Part shown: positions 48,818 through 62,900 of the stretch, piece after piece
Numbering within the stretch: the first letter of the stretch is position 1
Layout: every line of letters begins with the position of its first letter
NCBI RefSeq assembly: GCF_000143415.4
Contig: NW_003314269.1
Location: 3,279,060-3,343,059 of the forward strand
Origin: Selaginella moellendorffii
Lineage: Eukaryota; Plantae; Lycopodiophyta
Reading direction: 5' to 3'
Length of the DNA: 64,000 nucleotides
Position numbers and translations under genes: made by a program
The notes under the pieces: generated by a model
The model's database searches: none
Seen by the model: only the letters and a program-made list of their open reading frames with translations
What the model was told of the DNA's origin: nothing

Positions 48818-50911
48818 TATGAGACATAAATCTTTAAGCCCCAAAGTGGAGCCAAAAAGGTGCCACTTAATAGTGGCCGAAGCAAAAGCCAAACGAGTGT
48901 AACACGTTTGGACTAAAAAGTTTTGACTTGAATAATCAAAAGTGGGAGTGAAACTCCCAATGAAGTGTTTGGGGAATGAGCATGAAGCAAGTAGTAAGTG
49001 AGTCTCTAGAAAAGGGACCCTAGAAGGAGTCCGAGATGGACCCGAAACAGAGTCCGAAATAGGACCCAAGCTAAAGTCTGAGATGGAGTCTGAGATGGAC
49101 CCAAGAAGGAGTCTAAGGTGGAATTCAAGATGGACCTAAGAAGGAGTCTGAAAAGGACTCTAAGATGGACCCGAGATGGAGTCCAAAATGGGACATGAGA
49201 TGGACTTAAGATAGTGTTTGAGATGGAGTCCGAGATGGACCTGAGATGGAGTCCGAGATGGACCTGAGATGGAGTCCAAGATAGAGTCTAAGATGGACCC
49301 AAGGAGTCTTAGAGGGAGTTCGAGGTGGAGTTTGAGATGGACCCAAGATGGAGTCCGAGCTAGAGTTTGAGATGGACCCAAGAAGGAGTCCGAAGTGGAG
49401 TCTAAGATGGACTTGAGATGGAGTCTGAGATGGACCCGAGAAGAAGTCTGAGGTGGTGTCTAAGATGGATCCGAGAAGGAGTCTAAGAAAGAGTCCAAAA
49501 TGGACTCAAGATGGAGTCCAAAATGGGACCTGAGATGGACCTGAAATAGAGTCTGAGATGGAGTCCAAGATGGACTTGAGATGGAGTTTGAGATGGACCC
49601 GAGAAGGAGTTTGAGAGGGAGTCCAAGCTGGAGTCTGAGATAGATTTGAGATGGAGTCCAAGGTGGAGTATGAGATGGACCGAAGAAGGAGTCTAAGGTG
49701 GAGTCTGAAATGGACCTGAGATGAAGTCTGAGATGGAGTCCAAGATGGACTTGAGATGGAGTTTGAGATGGAGTCCAAGATGGAACCAAGACCGAAACCG
49801 AGATCGAGACCGAGACTGAGACCAAGTCCAAGTCTGAGTTCGAGTTTGAATCCGAGTTTGAGTCTAAGTTCAAGTTCAAGTCCAAATACTAATATAAACT
49901 GTTGAGTGAAAGCCCAAAATGATCATGGGGGGCCTATAAAGGGTTCCAAAAGTATAGTAGAGAAAATATGGAAGTTAAACCCTAATGGAGCTAGTTTAGC
50001 TAAGAAAGGATAGTATGACCCAAGAAGGCTATGCCCACGTGTTCGGTGATGATATATCCATTGAGGAGTCCAAGGCTAGAGTGAACATGGATTGACAAGT
50101 TTAGTAATTTGGTGAAGTGTTCAAAAGTTAACTTTAGTTCCCTTAGAAAATTAAATGGTCAATGCTCCCAATCTAAGCATGGGTGGCACTACCTACTTGA
50201 ATATTTGATGTGGCTCAACTGAACCTTGTTCTAGCCTCATGGCTAGAGCACCCAAAGGCAAAAGGTGGGGAGAGTACCCATGAGGTTTGTGTAGGGCCAC
50301 AATGTTCCGAAATGTTGTCTCAAAATCCTAGATTGTGAAAAGAAAGAAGAGCATTCCTTTAGGGTAGTGACCAAAGATACGGTCATATGGTGAAGAAGTC
50401 CCACAAAACAATGGGATTTAGTGGTTAGGCCTATGAGCCTTGACTTAGTGGCAATGTTGGCAAACACAGCCATGGACAGAAAGGGACTTGGTAGGGATTG
50501 AAAAAGGAATATTGAAGAAAGTATTCCCTATGTTTGTGGGCATCCTAAGGATGCTAAGGAGTGGATCTGGGATGACTATTTATGGATGAATGGTCTAATC
50601 TTTAAGAGATGGGACTATGATGCAGGTGGTGTTGGACCACTAGTGTGGCAAAGGTGAATGGGCATGGCCTTAGTATAACAGGTGGATATATCGGCAGTAC
50701 CTTTGAGTGTCAGTCATGGGATCAAACACATAGAACATTTAGACTAAGTGCAAAGGTTGAGTGGCATGGATGCCATTCTTGGGGCTAACAAGCCCTAAGT
50801 CTAGAATAAGACTTAATGAGGTTATGAGTGAGATTCCTCCAAATGCTCAGAAGGGTGGTTAAATGACTAAAGTAGAATGAAAAATTTAATTGCTTATAAT
50901 TTGGTATCGGA
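48818..50911 (+). mobile_element. Older 5-prime LTR of the same family as 4692-6335, with tRNA-Met-type PBS
   Basis: Colinear with the solo LTR. Termini are mutated to TA...TA (tatgagacat / cttata at 50898), followed by att-tggtatcgga (50902-50911). The internal 12-mer array is expanded (about 49020-49885). Confidence 0.8.
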
Positions 50912-52009
50912 ATTGTTCCTTAATTTGACTTTTATTAATGGCCAAATATATCACCATTTATATTGGAATTGGAAGGTACTAAGATTGGACCTATCCTTGA
51001 GGAGTAGCATGTCGGGAGGACATGCCTCTCTATTTTAGTTTATGCGTGAACTTGTGCACAATGTGGTGGATAGAAAGGGGCCAATTTAGGAATGACTTTG
51101 GGATTTTAAGAATAGTATAAGGTTTTCCTTAGAAAATTGAAGATGTGATCTAGATAAGCATTTGACTTAGCAAACTGGTTAATGTAGTTGTGGTAAGCAA
51201 ATATAGTTAGGATCATGGAAAAGATAAAGACTTCAAAATAATAAAGGAGTCACAAGATTTTTCTTATATAGTTGAGGCTGGTGCTCATGAATTTGAGACT
51301 AGAATTAATAATCATGGGAGGTCAAATACAGATGAGGACACGAGTTTTTGAAATGGTACCTGGGGCTATTTTTTATAAATGCTAGAACAAACACAAGGAG
51401 TTGGGGGTGTACTTAAAGGATGGGTTGGTATTCTCATCTTATAAGCAAATAGTCTTAAGGGGCAAAGGTAGCCTATAGGGAACAGAAAATAATCAAATGT
51501 TGGAATAACACTTGCTACAAATGGTCTTTGTGAGTAGGACATGAATACAAGAAGATGTATTATAGTGAACTAGCACCTCAAAAGTAAGACCTTATAGGTT
51601 ATCAGATTAATAAAGTACAAAAAGCTGGATGACTTAAGGAATGGTCCTAAGGGATTGGTAGCAGCATTTGGATTGAGGTGTGTTGTACCCTATAAAGGAT
51701 AGAGAGGATTATAAGATCCAAGTATGAGAATAGTGAGTATCTCATTAATAATAGAAGGTGCCATACTAAAGTTGTGGGAAAGATGTTCCCAGAAGAAATC
51801 AACTTTGGCACAGAGTTATGAAACACTATAGTGTAGTGCTAATTGAGTGTGTGGACCACTGTTGATCTCACGAGTTGAAGAGTTGAGCTCAATTTTCAAT
51901 TATAATTTAAAACAAACATTATAGAATTTAAATATTAAGGTTATAGAGAATCTAATAATTTCACAACTCTCTATATATTACCTAGATAAAAAGCCAACCC
52001 ACTATCTAT

Positions 52010-55000
52010 AGTAGGGATAGTGGGTAGGTCGGGTATGGCCAATCAACCTGAGGTATAATCTAGCCTTTATTTACATGCCTATTTTTGTTTTGTGTCCGAT
52101 TTAGGTTTAATCCCAAGTTCCATACCATGCTAGTTGGTGGAGTACCCATATTTGCACATTAGGCCACTGGTATGCTAAAATAGCGCTAAATTTCATTTGG
52201 CTTTGTTTTGCATGTTAATTTTGGCATTAGGATGTTAGATATTCTAGGACTGTTCTAAGTCATTCTGTGTTTTTGTCCCTTCACTCTTTAGGCTGTATGC
52301 TTGGGAGTTGTTCCGTGCTTCAGTGCTTTTGCTCCTTAGCTCCATGCTTAAGAATTTAGCTCCGTTCCTTTGTTCAATGGCCCAAGGCTTTGAAACTTAA
52401 GTTCTACATTGCTATCCTTTGGACACATGGCATGTGACACGTGGCACATAGTGGATCCTTCCTAAGCATGATTGTAAGTGGATCAATTAAGACTATAGGG
52501 ATTAATCTATTGATTCAATTAATCATTGCTATGCTCTCTCATAAACTTTTCTTGAATTGAACTGAAGGTAGTGTGAAAGCAAGCTTCAGGTTTGGTCAAA
52601 ATATGAGACTGAGAAAAGAGTTGTCGGGGACGAAGGATCAAACATGTAAATTATTTTCTCTTCTTGGAGAGATGATTTGCAATGAGGTGTTCACTCATTG
52701 CTCATATTCACAATATGCAATAAAAAATCCCTACCTTGATGCATAATGGAAACAATGATTTTGCAAGTGGTGAATTGTGGGATGGATAATAGCGAAGCGT
52801 TAAACTATTTTGTCTAAGCTTGCTATTGGAAGGTTTAGGTTATAATACTCAATTCTTTTTTAGGGAACATTATTATTGCTTGTTAAGCTTGGTGTTGGAT
52901 TAATTTGAGGTTGGTCAGAAAGAGAGTGGCATAAGCTTGTCCATATTGTGAAAAAAGTTAGTGGTGTTAAGTGTTATAAATCTTTATCAATGGGGTGTGG
53001 CATTTATATTGCATTTTGTCAAATTGAGTTGACACTTAATACTCATATAAACCTTTAAAGTAATAACATGGGCATTGCTCATAGTGTTGCTCAATTAATG
53101 ATCAAATTATTGTGATTCTTATATCATATTTATATGATAGTGAGTAATGTGTTTACGAAGTTGCTTAGTTAGATGATGATTGACCCCAAAGTGATTGATG
53201 GAGAAGTTAGTCTACTTGCAAGTAGTAGCATTGTAATAACTTTGACTAAATTTTTAATGGTGGTCCATTATACTAAGCTTAAGTTAGTACCTTGTTTCCT
53301 TGAGGGTTTGCCTATAAAATGTTGGTAATGGTTATAGCATTCACGTGCTATGGCTTGTTGATTTATTTGTTAACACTTGGAGTAGATTGTCAGATGGAGA
53401 AAATGTGTAATTGAGGCATTGACATCACTAACACTTGTGTTAGTGGAAGTGGCTTTAGTATTTTAAGTGATGAGGAATTTTCTCCAGAGTTTGATTTTCC
53501 ATGTCATTTTTCTTGTTAGTGTTTTAGCTTCACATTGAATTTTGAAAGTGGTTGAAAAAGAAGGTTAATGCAATGTAGATATCCAAAGATATACTCTTTG
53601 TGATTAAGCCTTGAATGTTCATTTTGCATTTTGCAAATGTCAATGTTAGATGTTAGAAATATGGGCATAATGCTCAATGCTTATACATACTGTTGGGTCA
53701 TAAAAATTTGTGTTAAGGTGAACATATATAAAGTTGTAAATAGAAGGAAGTTAGTTGAGTCTTGAAAGTTTGTATTCCTAAACTCAGAATCATCCTTTTT
53801 TTAGGATGGAAATCTTCTATAAATTTTCTTAGACTTTTCTAATGGCTAATATATTGACCATTTTGCTTGAAAACTATTTTATTTTCATAAGCTAGTACAA
53901 ATTAGTGAAGGGGTTAGAGTTGACTTTAGTTGGCTTAAACCTTAGTAAGTAGTTTATATGATATGGCTTAAAAGGGATGTTGACTTTTAGGGATAAGGCA
54001 ATTGAGTTGGATAAAGTTTGAAGTTGGTGTAAAAAAATGGCTATTGCACTTTTTTAAGAAAGGTGACTTTTGTGCCTTTCTTTTGTAACATTATGTTTGA
54101 TGGTAAGTTGCACTTTGCATTTCATTATACTCTATGAGAGTAGTGAGCTCTTATTGATATTAATCTGGTCTTAGTGGCCCTATGCCTTGTTTAAGGATAG
54201 TGATATCTATTTAGTTGTTTGAGGTTGAGATGTTGGTACCTGTATTATAATTTATCTATCAGGAGGTTGTGTACCATATGAGTCCATCTCATGATCTTCA
54301 CTTTAGTTTCGACTAATGTTGATCATGCATAATTAACCTCTTCAAGGCATGCTCAGAGCTATTGGCTAGATGTGTTGGTAAGTTTATTGCAGTTGAATTG
54401 GATTCTAGTAGTCATTTAATTTGTGCATGTTCATGTTTTTATATCTCATACCTGAGGTATTACATTTATGTTAGACAAGTATATGACTCAATAGCATGAG
54501 TTTAATGTTTGGGTCTTGTGAAGGCAAATTGAAAAGTGATTGTTGGTTGTTTTGCAACTAGTAATTGCTTGTAGACTTCATTAAAGACTATTAACACTTA
54601 CTTCACTCGATGAAGATTTATCAGTGATGGGCTTCCTTTACCAGATGGTGTTATATAGGATAATGTTGTTCAAACTTACATGAGTTTTCTATGTTAGCAT
54701 GTCGATTCTACCTTTGTCAATATCATTTGGTTACATTTAATCCATAGTGTTGGATTTCATTGGGTCTTAAATGTGGTGAATCACTCCTTGATGATATGTT
54801 ATTTGTAGTTGAGTATTGTGAAGAATTACTCTCGGATACTGAGTAAAGTATCTTTGACTTTGGTTAGCTTGGTTTTTAATATTGGTAATTTTAACTTTTG
54901 CAATCTTTTTTCATAAACTCATAATTCAAAGGTTAAAAGTTGCAATAGTTGTCTAATTGCACAATATAACTAAACTATATAAGAGAAAGAAAGGATAGTG

Positions 55001-57975
55001 AAGATAATGATCATGAGTCGGAGATAAATGCAATGACAAAAAATGTAACAAATTGAGTGAAAAAGAATGCTCTTCTACTTATTTTAGAAAATTACAACTC
55101 TATGACTTTCAAAAAATGCCCTATATATTTTTAGCTTCCAGTGGAAATAATGGTAATGATTAGTATAATGGTATATATGCTCTTGCAACACACTATAATA
55201 TCACACACCCGAAAGATTACTATAAAATATTTTTTGAGATGGTAAAGACAATAATGAAAATACATGAGTATTATAAGTAGCATTGCAAAAATAACACTTG
55301 CAAGTATATGAAATGAAAAGAAAAATGAAAAAAAAATAAATTTATTAATTATATAAAGTATAATAAGTTATTATTGATAGAGAATAAACATTGATAGTCT
55401 TAGAAAATCTAGTTAACTCCAAAAGTCTTCTGCAACTCAATAATAGTAAAGATTTTTTGGTGTATATGAATATCCATTTTAGAATCCTAGTGCAAGATGT
55501 TGACAAAGATGTAATACATATACTTGCAAAAAGCATATGCCTTCCCATGTTCCTTGCACTTCATAAAGTCTTAACATGTGCAAGAAGGATGGTCTTAAAT
55601 GACAATTGTATACTCTCCACTTTCTATTTTGATTATATATTCCTTTACAAACACAATGATATACTTCATGAAGAGAATCTCATAGTCAAGCATTTGAGCC
55701 AAAGTTATTTTACTATGCTTGGAGATGTAGTAATAAATTTAACTACCTTACCTTTTCTTGTAAGTCTTCTATGCATCTTTGTGGGAATAGTGCTAATTTT
55801 GTCAATTATATCTCTAACTTAGTGATATTTTATGATAGTTAATTGTTGTCTTTGATAGTTTATTGCATACCGCAAGATACATATTGCAACTTATTCTTCT
55901 CTAGCAAAATGGTCTGCAGGCTCCTATTGGTCAAAAGCAAAAGACTTCACTCTAGGTCCCAGTCTAAATATCTAATAGTTGAAGTAAGATTTGATTAGTT
56001 CATTGCATTGACCAAGATCTATTCAAATGGCTCGTGTGATAGTTGGCATGGACGAGTATTTGTTAGTCTTGTAACCTTCATTATATATTTATTAATTGTT
56101 GTTATAGTTGGTTCTAATAGATTGGATATTATTTCCTTTAGGTACTATATTTGCAAGCATTTTTCTTGCTAGTTGATGATAATTTGAGTTCTTTGAGTTA
56201 ACTTATGTAAGTTGTTTAATATATTATCTGCAATCTTTGGTATTTATGCTTTATTATTGATTTTTTTTATAATACACTCACTATTGAATTTTGTTGATTG
56301 GTTAATCCTATGACTTTAACTTTTAATGATCTTGGTGGTTTCTATAATACTAGTTTATTGGATGATAACTTACTTGGAATACTTTTGTGTTATAATCTAA
56401 AATTTATTCATTGATACTTAGATCTCTAAGATATCATTATCTATGACTTTGATATTGTTCATTTGTTGATTTTTGGGTTTAGGCTAGTATAATTAGATTG
56501 GCTTTGACACTTCATATATATAGTGAAGTCTTTAGTCATGGGGTAGTTATTGTCAACTGGTCATATCACCCACCTCTCTCTCGATATTCCTTATTCTATT
56601 AAAAAGAACATAACTGTGTAAACAACTCTAACTATCTATTTATAGTAGTCTCTCTAAACTTTACCGACAAGTTTGGTTTGTTTACTTAAAAAGGTTGTAG
56701 CTTTTAGATTCTCTCTCTATATCACCTGCAGGTAGGGGCATATCATCTTTTCTAAGCTAGGTGACACCCAGAGCAACAAAGGTGGTTGACTCTGTTGGTC
56801 ATTTCCTTATTAATGATGGGTGAAAGGTGTTTAAGTTGTAGAACACCGTGAACTTTTTCTGCAGTTATTTCTTTATCGGTGGTCTAGATTAGAGTATGCA
56901 TTGACAAGGATGTCGATCTTCTCTAAAGAGGGGAAAATGTCACGAATGTGACTATGGGTATCAAAATTTATTTATCGGCTAGTCCTTTTGGATGTTCTTT
57001 CCTTACTGCTATTATGGCAGAAGGTCAATATTACTAGATTCTTTATCAGTTTCCACCTAAGTTAGTTGAGAAATTAATCATCATATGTACTTATGCCAGA
57101 TAAACATAAGGTAGAAACTCTTATGTGTTTCTTGCTAAGCATACTCAACATGATATAAAAAACTTATATGTTTAGCTTGCATTTGTTAATATTAAGAACC
57201 CCCATAATATTGAGCTTGGTCCCTCAATATTTGCCAAATGATAGCTTACTATGTTTATTAAACACCTTGCTATCATGCCCTATGTGTTGGCCATGTTCGG
57301 TCCTAATTGTTATTTATGGAAAGTCTCTATATTTGCTAATTTAGCATATCTATGAAATGTAGAGATTATCTTGAACACAATGGTGTTGGTCCTATGTCTA
57401 AATTCATAATCTAGTGCAATTCCATATTTAGTAAGTTTCAAGCTTGTCCCAAAGACTAACTTCTGATACTAACAATAAAAGCCCAAGCATGCATTCTTTA
57501 AGGGGGGGCTTATAAGGGGTTCCAAATATATAATAGGGATAGTGGTAGGTTGGGCATGGCTAACTAACTTGAGGCATAGTCTAACTTTCATTTATATGCC
57601 AATCTTTATTTTGCATTCAATTTAGGTTTAAGCTCAAGTTCCATACCATACTAATTGGTGGAATACCCATATCCTTGCATTAAACCACCAATATGCTAAA
57701 ATAGTACCAAACTCTAATTGGCTTTGTTTTGCGTGCTAGTCCTAATATTGGGATATTAGATGTTCTAGGACTGTTCCAATGTCACTTTGTGCTCTTGTCC
57801 CTTCGCTCCTTTGGTTGTACATTCAACAATTGCTCCATGCTTCAATTCCTTCACTACTTGATTGTAAACTTGGGAGTTTGGCTCTGTTCCTTCATTTAGT
57901 GGCCCAAGACCTTGAAATTTGGGTTTTGCTCTGTTGTCCTTGAACATGTGGCATGTGGCAAGTGGCATATGACAT
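52010..57975 (+). mobile_element. Highly decayed LTR retroelement (probably Copia-like) with nested debris
   Basis: About 450-bp diverged direct repeats at about 52010-52455 and 57530-57975. A polypurine tract aaggggggg at about 57500 precedes the second repeat. No intact ORF. Confidence 0.5.
54881..55800 (-). repeat. Second, uninterrupted copy of the SWIM-relic repeat (empty site)
   Basis: ggagaTGTAgtaataaatttaactaccttaccttttcttg corresponds to the joined flanks gaagaTGTA + ttaaaaaatttaactactttaccttttcttg. Confidence 0.8.
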
Positions 57976-59579
57976 ATGGAATATAGAGGGTTTAGTTTCC
58001 ACTTCATAGTTATCCTATAATAAATCACTATAGAGTAAAAGGTGAAAATTACATGCACTACACCAAACAAATTAAATATTATACATATTTTTAGTACTTC
58101 ATTAAAGCTAAAAACCATGACATTCTTCTAAACTCATTTCAATATATTCCATTTGTGTAGTACCATCTACACCTATAGTAAATTATCTATCATATTGCTT
58201 TGGAAATAAGGATAAGAATATTACAAATATGTATAATAAGTAAAATAATTATATAAATTTATGATTTTAAGAATCTTATATTTTATGACAAGATTCTACG
58301 AAGTGCAAGAAAACACATAATTCTCATTTATAATTTTGTACTGCAATCAATTCCACACATGTGGCTATCATATTATTTCCATATTATGGCACAATCATAT
58401 TATAGCAAACCTCCATTATTAGGTCTATTATTAGATTATAACTCAAAAGGAGTTTATCACGTAATCAAATCTAGGACAAAGTGGAAATTATAAATTGCTA
58501 ATAAATAATTGTAGAAAGAAATAAACATATGAGATTTACTCCATCCATAATGAATGGCTATGATGAAGGCCAACCACTAGTATTAGGATTTTTACAAAAA
58601 GTAGAGGGGAGATTTGGAGTGACTCTATGGGATCTATTGTTAGGGCGTGGCCACCGAGAGAGTGAGACAGAGAGAGGGAATATTCTGGTCCTCAGAATAT
58701 TCTTCATCTTCCTTATATAAAACCCTTGGCTCACAAGGGCAAGTGGAAGCATTTTGCGAAGAGCACTGAAGCATTTCTCGTGTTTTAGCAAGCATTGGGG
58801 GAGGTGCCCCTCCTTCCCCCAACAAATGGTGAACCCGGCGTGTGCGCAACACTTTTTGAAGCGTCATTTCTCTTTTTTTCTTTTGGCTGTAAACTTTGGG
58901 AAGGAATTCCTTGTTCATCTTGCGGTGGTTTTGTTTGATCTTGGGTGTGTTGGAAAGGTCTAGAGCTCCTCTTTCCAGCAAGGTATGGTGCTCATCAAGT
59001 CATGTAATATTTGAGGAAATACAATGTTTCTTGGCTCGGTCGGATGAACATTTTGGGGTTTTCACTTTTTGGCCTGGATCCTCGGCCCAATTTTTCAAGG
59101 TAGTGCATTTGGGCTTGTAGATCTGGCCTAGATCCATGAATAGTGGTGATTCTTAGCACTATATTTAGGCGAATTGATGGCATGTAAAAGGATTTTCTTC
59201 TCTGGCTAGATTGGGTCATCTTTGTAATAGAAATTCGTGCTCCTCCGGGCTTTGTTTTGGATGCTGTTTATTTCTAGAGGTGCTCCTGGTCCTAGGCTTT
59301 CTAGAAATACCAACGGTGCCTCAGTATAAATCTACATCACAAACATACACATGTTTTTCCACAATATTGGTGTTTTAGGGTACCTCTTTTTGGATTGTGG
59401 GGAATATTGAGGTGGCTTCTTCCCAAATTCTTGCAATAGAAGGTAGATGGGGCTAAGCTTTTTCCAACGAGCCCACCAACAGTCAAAATAGGGAAGGATC
59501 AAGACCAAAGGACTCATTTTTCTCTTTTGGGCTAAACTTTGTTGAGAGTTCCTTGGGAACGAAGCAATCTTCAAGGGAC

Positions 59580-59720
59580 AGGTTGGCATAGGAATAGGAT
59601 AAGACAGGAGTTGGCATAGAAATAGGAACAGGATAGGAGTTGGCATAGGAAGAAGGACAATAGGAGCAGGTGCTGGATAGGAGTTGGTGTTGGAGTTGGT
59701 GTAGGGGTAGGAGCGAGAGT
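59580..59720. repeat. Degenerate 24-nt tandem repeat (ggagttggcataggaataggaaca)
   Basis: About 4-5 diverged units read directly. Confidence 0.6.
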
Positions 59721-59920
59721 AGGGGGTTATTGGTTACAAGTTATAGGTCCCCGATTACTGGTTTCCGGTTACCAGTTACCTCTAGCGGCTATTCCGGCAG
59801 TTACCCTACAAGTAAATGGTTACATGTGCTTGAGGCCTACATCTCCTTCCATTTCAACCCTTATTTCTCTTCGTCACAGGCATTTTGGGCAACTTTGAGC
59901 AACTTGAGCACTAGCCTATA

Positions 59921-62900
59921 GTCGTCCTGCTCTTGTCAACCCAGTTGCCTTGACCGGGCATTTGCAGTGTTTAGAGTATTTGATACCGGTACAAACTAGA
60001 CGTGCGACAAATTGGCACCCTTTTACCATAACTCAAGGCCCTAAGGTACGAAGTAAACTTCATAACATCCAAAAGCAGCTTAGGTACGACACTACACCTT
60101 CTCGGGCTGAGTCCTCTTCATCCTCGGCAGATTCCAGTGACTTAGATCTACGAGCTATGGCGCAACCACCTTTAGCCAGACCTCAGCTCCATGTTCTACA
60201 GAAGGGGAGTGATTTGCCGACCTTCTCAGGTGTTGGAACAGTCTCTCCAACATCGCATATTAGTCGCTTTGATTACTACTACACCACAAACATGATTGTC
60301 GATGATGATCGTATGTGCTGTGACTTCTTGCAATCTCTTGAAGGCAAAGCAGCCATTTGGGCAGATTCTCTCCTCCCAGAGGACCAGACAGACTTCTAGA
60401 CACTACTTGTTTCTTTCAGAGAATGTTTCGTTGAAGAAAAACCCACAAATCGGTTACTTGTCAACCTCTTTTCATTCTGGCAGGGTGCAGTCTTCTTGCT
60501 CCTGTCAACTTAGTTTCCTTGATCGGGCATTTGTAGTGTTCAGGGTATTTGATGCTGGTACAAACTAGATGTGTGACAAATTGACACCCTTTTACCATAC
60601 CTCAGGGCTCTAAGGTACGAAGTAAGCTTTCTCACATCCAAAGGTAGCTTAGGTATGACACTACACCTTCTCAAGCTGAGTCCTCTTCATCCTCGGCAGA
60701 TTCCAATGACTTCAATCTACGAGCTATGGCACAGCCACCTTTAGCTTGACCTCAGCTCCATGTTCTACAGAGGGGGAGTGATCTGCCGACCTTCTCAGGA
60801 GTTGGAACAATCTCTCCAACATCGCATATCAGTTGCTTTGATTACTACTGCACCACAAACATGATCGTTGATGATGATCATATGTGCTGCGACTTCTTGC
60901 AATCTCTTGAAGGCAAAGCAGCCATTTGGGCAGATTCTCTCCTCCCAGAGGACCAGACAAACTTCTAGACACTACTTGTTTCTTTCAGAGAATGTTTCGT
61001 TGAAGAAAAACCCACAAATCGGTTACTTGTCAACCTCTTTTCATTCTGGCAGGGTGCTCATGAATCTGTTCCTGACTACATCACATGGTTTCAGGCATAC
61101 TGGAAGCAGTGTTGGGATCGCAAAGTGGTCCAAGATGAGCAATAAGGGATCATAGCATTCATTGTGGGTTTGCGTGGGAACTTGCAAAGGAAACTTCTCA
61201 AGAAGACATTCTGGTCTTGCCGCGAGGCATTTTCATTTGCCACAAGCCTGGAAAGAGAGCTTTTGGTTGACCTAGGAATTGCTAAAGTTGATTTTGACCA
61301 AGCCATCACCCCGTTAGAGTCACCTTGTGCAGCTGTTCGCCTGTCCACAACAAAGCCCATTGCTATTGAGTATACACCTCCGGCTATTGAGAACTTTGCC
61401 AATGAGATGCGGCAGTTGAAGGAGATCATTCTTCAGCAGCAATCACACCATGACAAACTACTCCAGGAGTTGGTGGAGTCCAGGAAAGAGGCCGTTACAG
61501 CTCGGGAACGCAGATTTAAGTCTAGTTGGTGCACTCACTGCAAGATGAACACACACAACACATAGTGCTGCTTCAAGCTTCACCCAGAGCTTTGGCCTCC
61601 ATCTTCTCAATGTGTCCAACAACATCCCTTTGCTGATAATTCCATATCGTCTCGAGGTCCAGAGATATATCATGAGCAGTTGGAGCGACAAGTGATTGAG
61701 GCAGCCCCTTCGTCAAGCAAAGGCAAGGCATCAGCCTCATCGGTCAACACGATTTTGGTAGCCGAGGAACTCTATAGGCAATAGCAACAAACCACAGCTA
61801 CTCGAGCCTAAACGAAGAAAAAGGCATCCGCTCAGCTTGCCACAGATCCCCTGGCGCCGGTTGAGAGCGAATCTCCATTGGCATCAAGCCCAGTGTCACA
61901 GAGGGTGGCTTGTAAGCTCCCCTTCAAGTCACTACTCTCTTCTCCTCCTGAGATCTCACTAACAGCTATTCCTGTTTTGGAGCCGGTTCTTCAACAGCTA
62001 GTTGACACTCCCGTCACCTTTTCGCTCTGAGACATGTTGTGTCTTGTCCCGGGATTTAGCCAACATTTAGAGGAGTTTGCATGGTCAGGAACACCAGAGA
62101 GCACTCTCAAGAGGGCTCCTCAAGAGGTGCACATTGTTGACATGACAAGATATGGTGGAGATCCTAGTCCATTCCTCGTCCCAGTGCAGATTGGTACTTC
62201 CTCTTGTAGGATGGATGCTTTGGTTGACTCTGGTTCTAGAAACAACATTATCTCTCTCAAAACTGCCCTTTCAGCATAGCTACAGATCATTGAGAGCTCT
62301 TCCATCGTGCTCAAAACCTTCGCCAACCACACCATTCCTCCAGTAGGCATTTGCTGTGGTGTCAAGGTCTCTATAAAACCCAACACTAGGTGATGGTATA
62401 GTGCAAAGTGTTATTTTTGAAGTGGATTTCCTCATGGTTGACTACAAACGTCTTGGAACATCCTCTTTGAAAGACTCTGTCATCCTTGGCCGCTCATGGC
62501 AAATCACAGCCCATTGCACCATTGACAGCGCACAAGGCACGTTGGAAATTAGCAATGGTACCCATAGTGCCACCTTTCTCAACAACCATGGCAGAGCTCT
62601 TTCTCAGCAAGCCCAACAAGCTCAGACTAAGATGGCCTCCACACCATACTTTCCTCCTGAGCTCATAGAGGTTTTTCCTAAGTTGGCAGTGGCGTCGACC
62701 ATCTATATGATGGATGCTTTCTCATGCAATGCGATTGACATGGTTGGAGGTGAGTCAGGTAGCTTGAGACATCTCTCAGCTTCACTCTCATTATTTGAGA
62801 GTAAGGCCGAGCCTCTGGACAGGCCCTTTTTATTTGATAGTGGGGCTTATAGTGTACGGGCTCCCATATCCGGCTTTTCGGAGTGTTTCTCGATAGAGGA

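Noticed and set aside
55391-55822. 143-aa plus-strand ORF in the AT-rich repeat
   Set aside because: The recognisable coding relic (SWIM finger) is on the opposite strand and is broken by stops.
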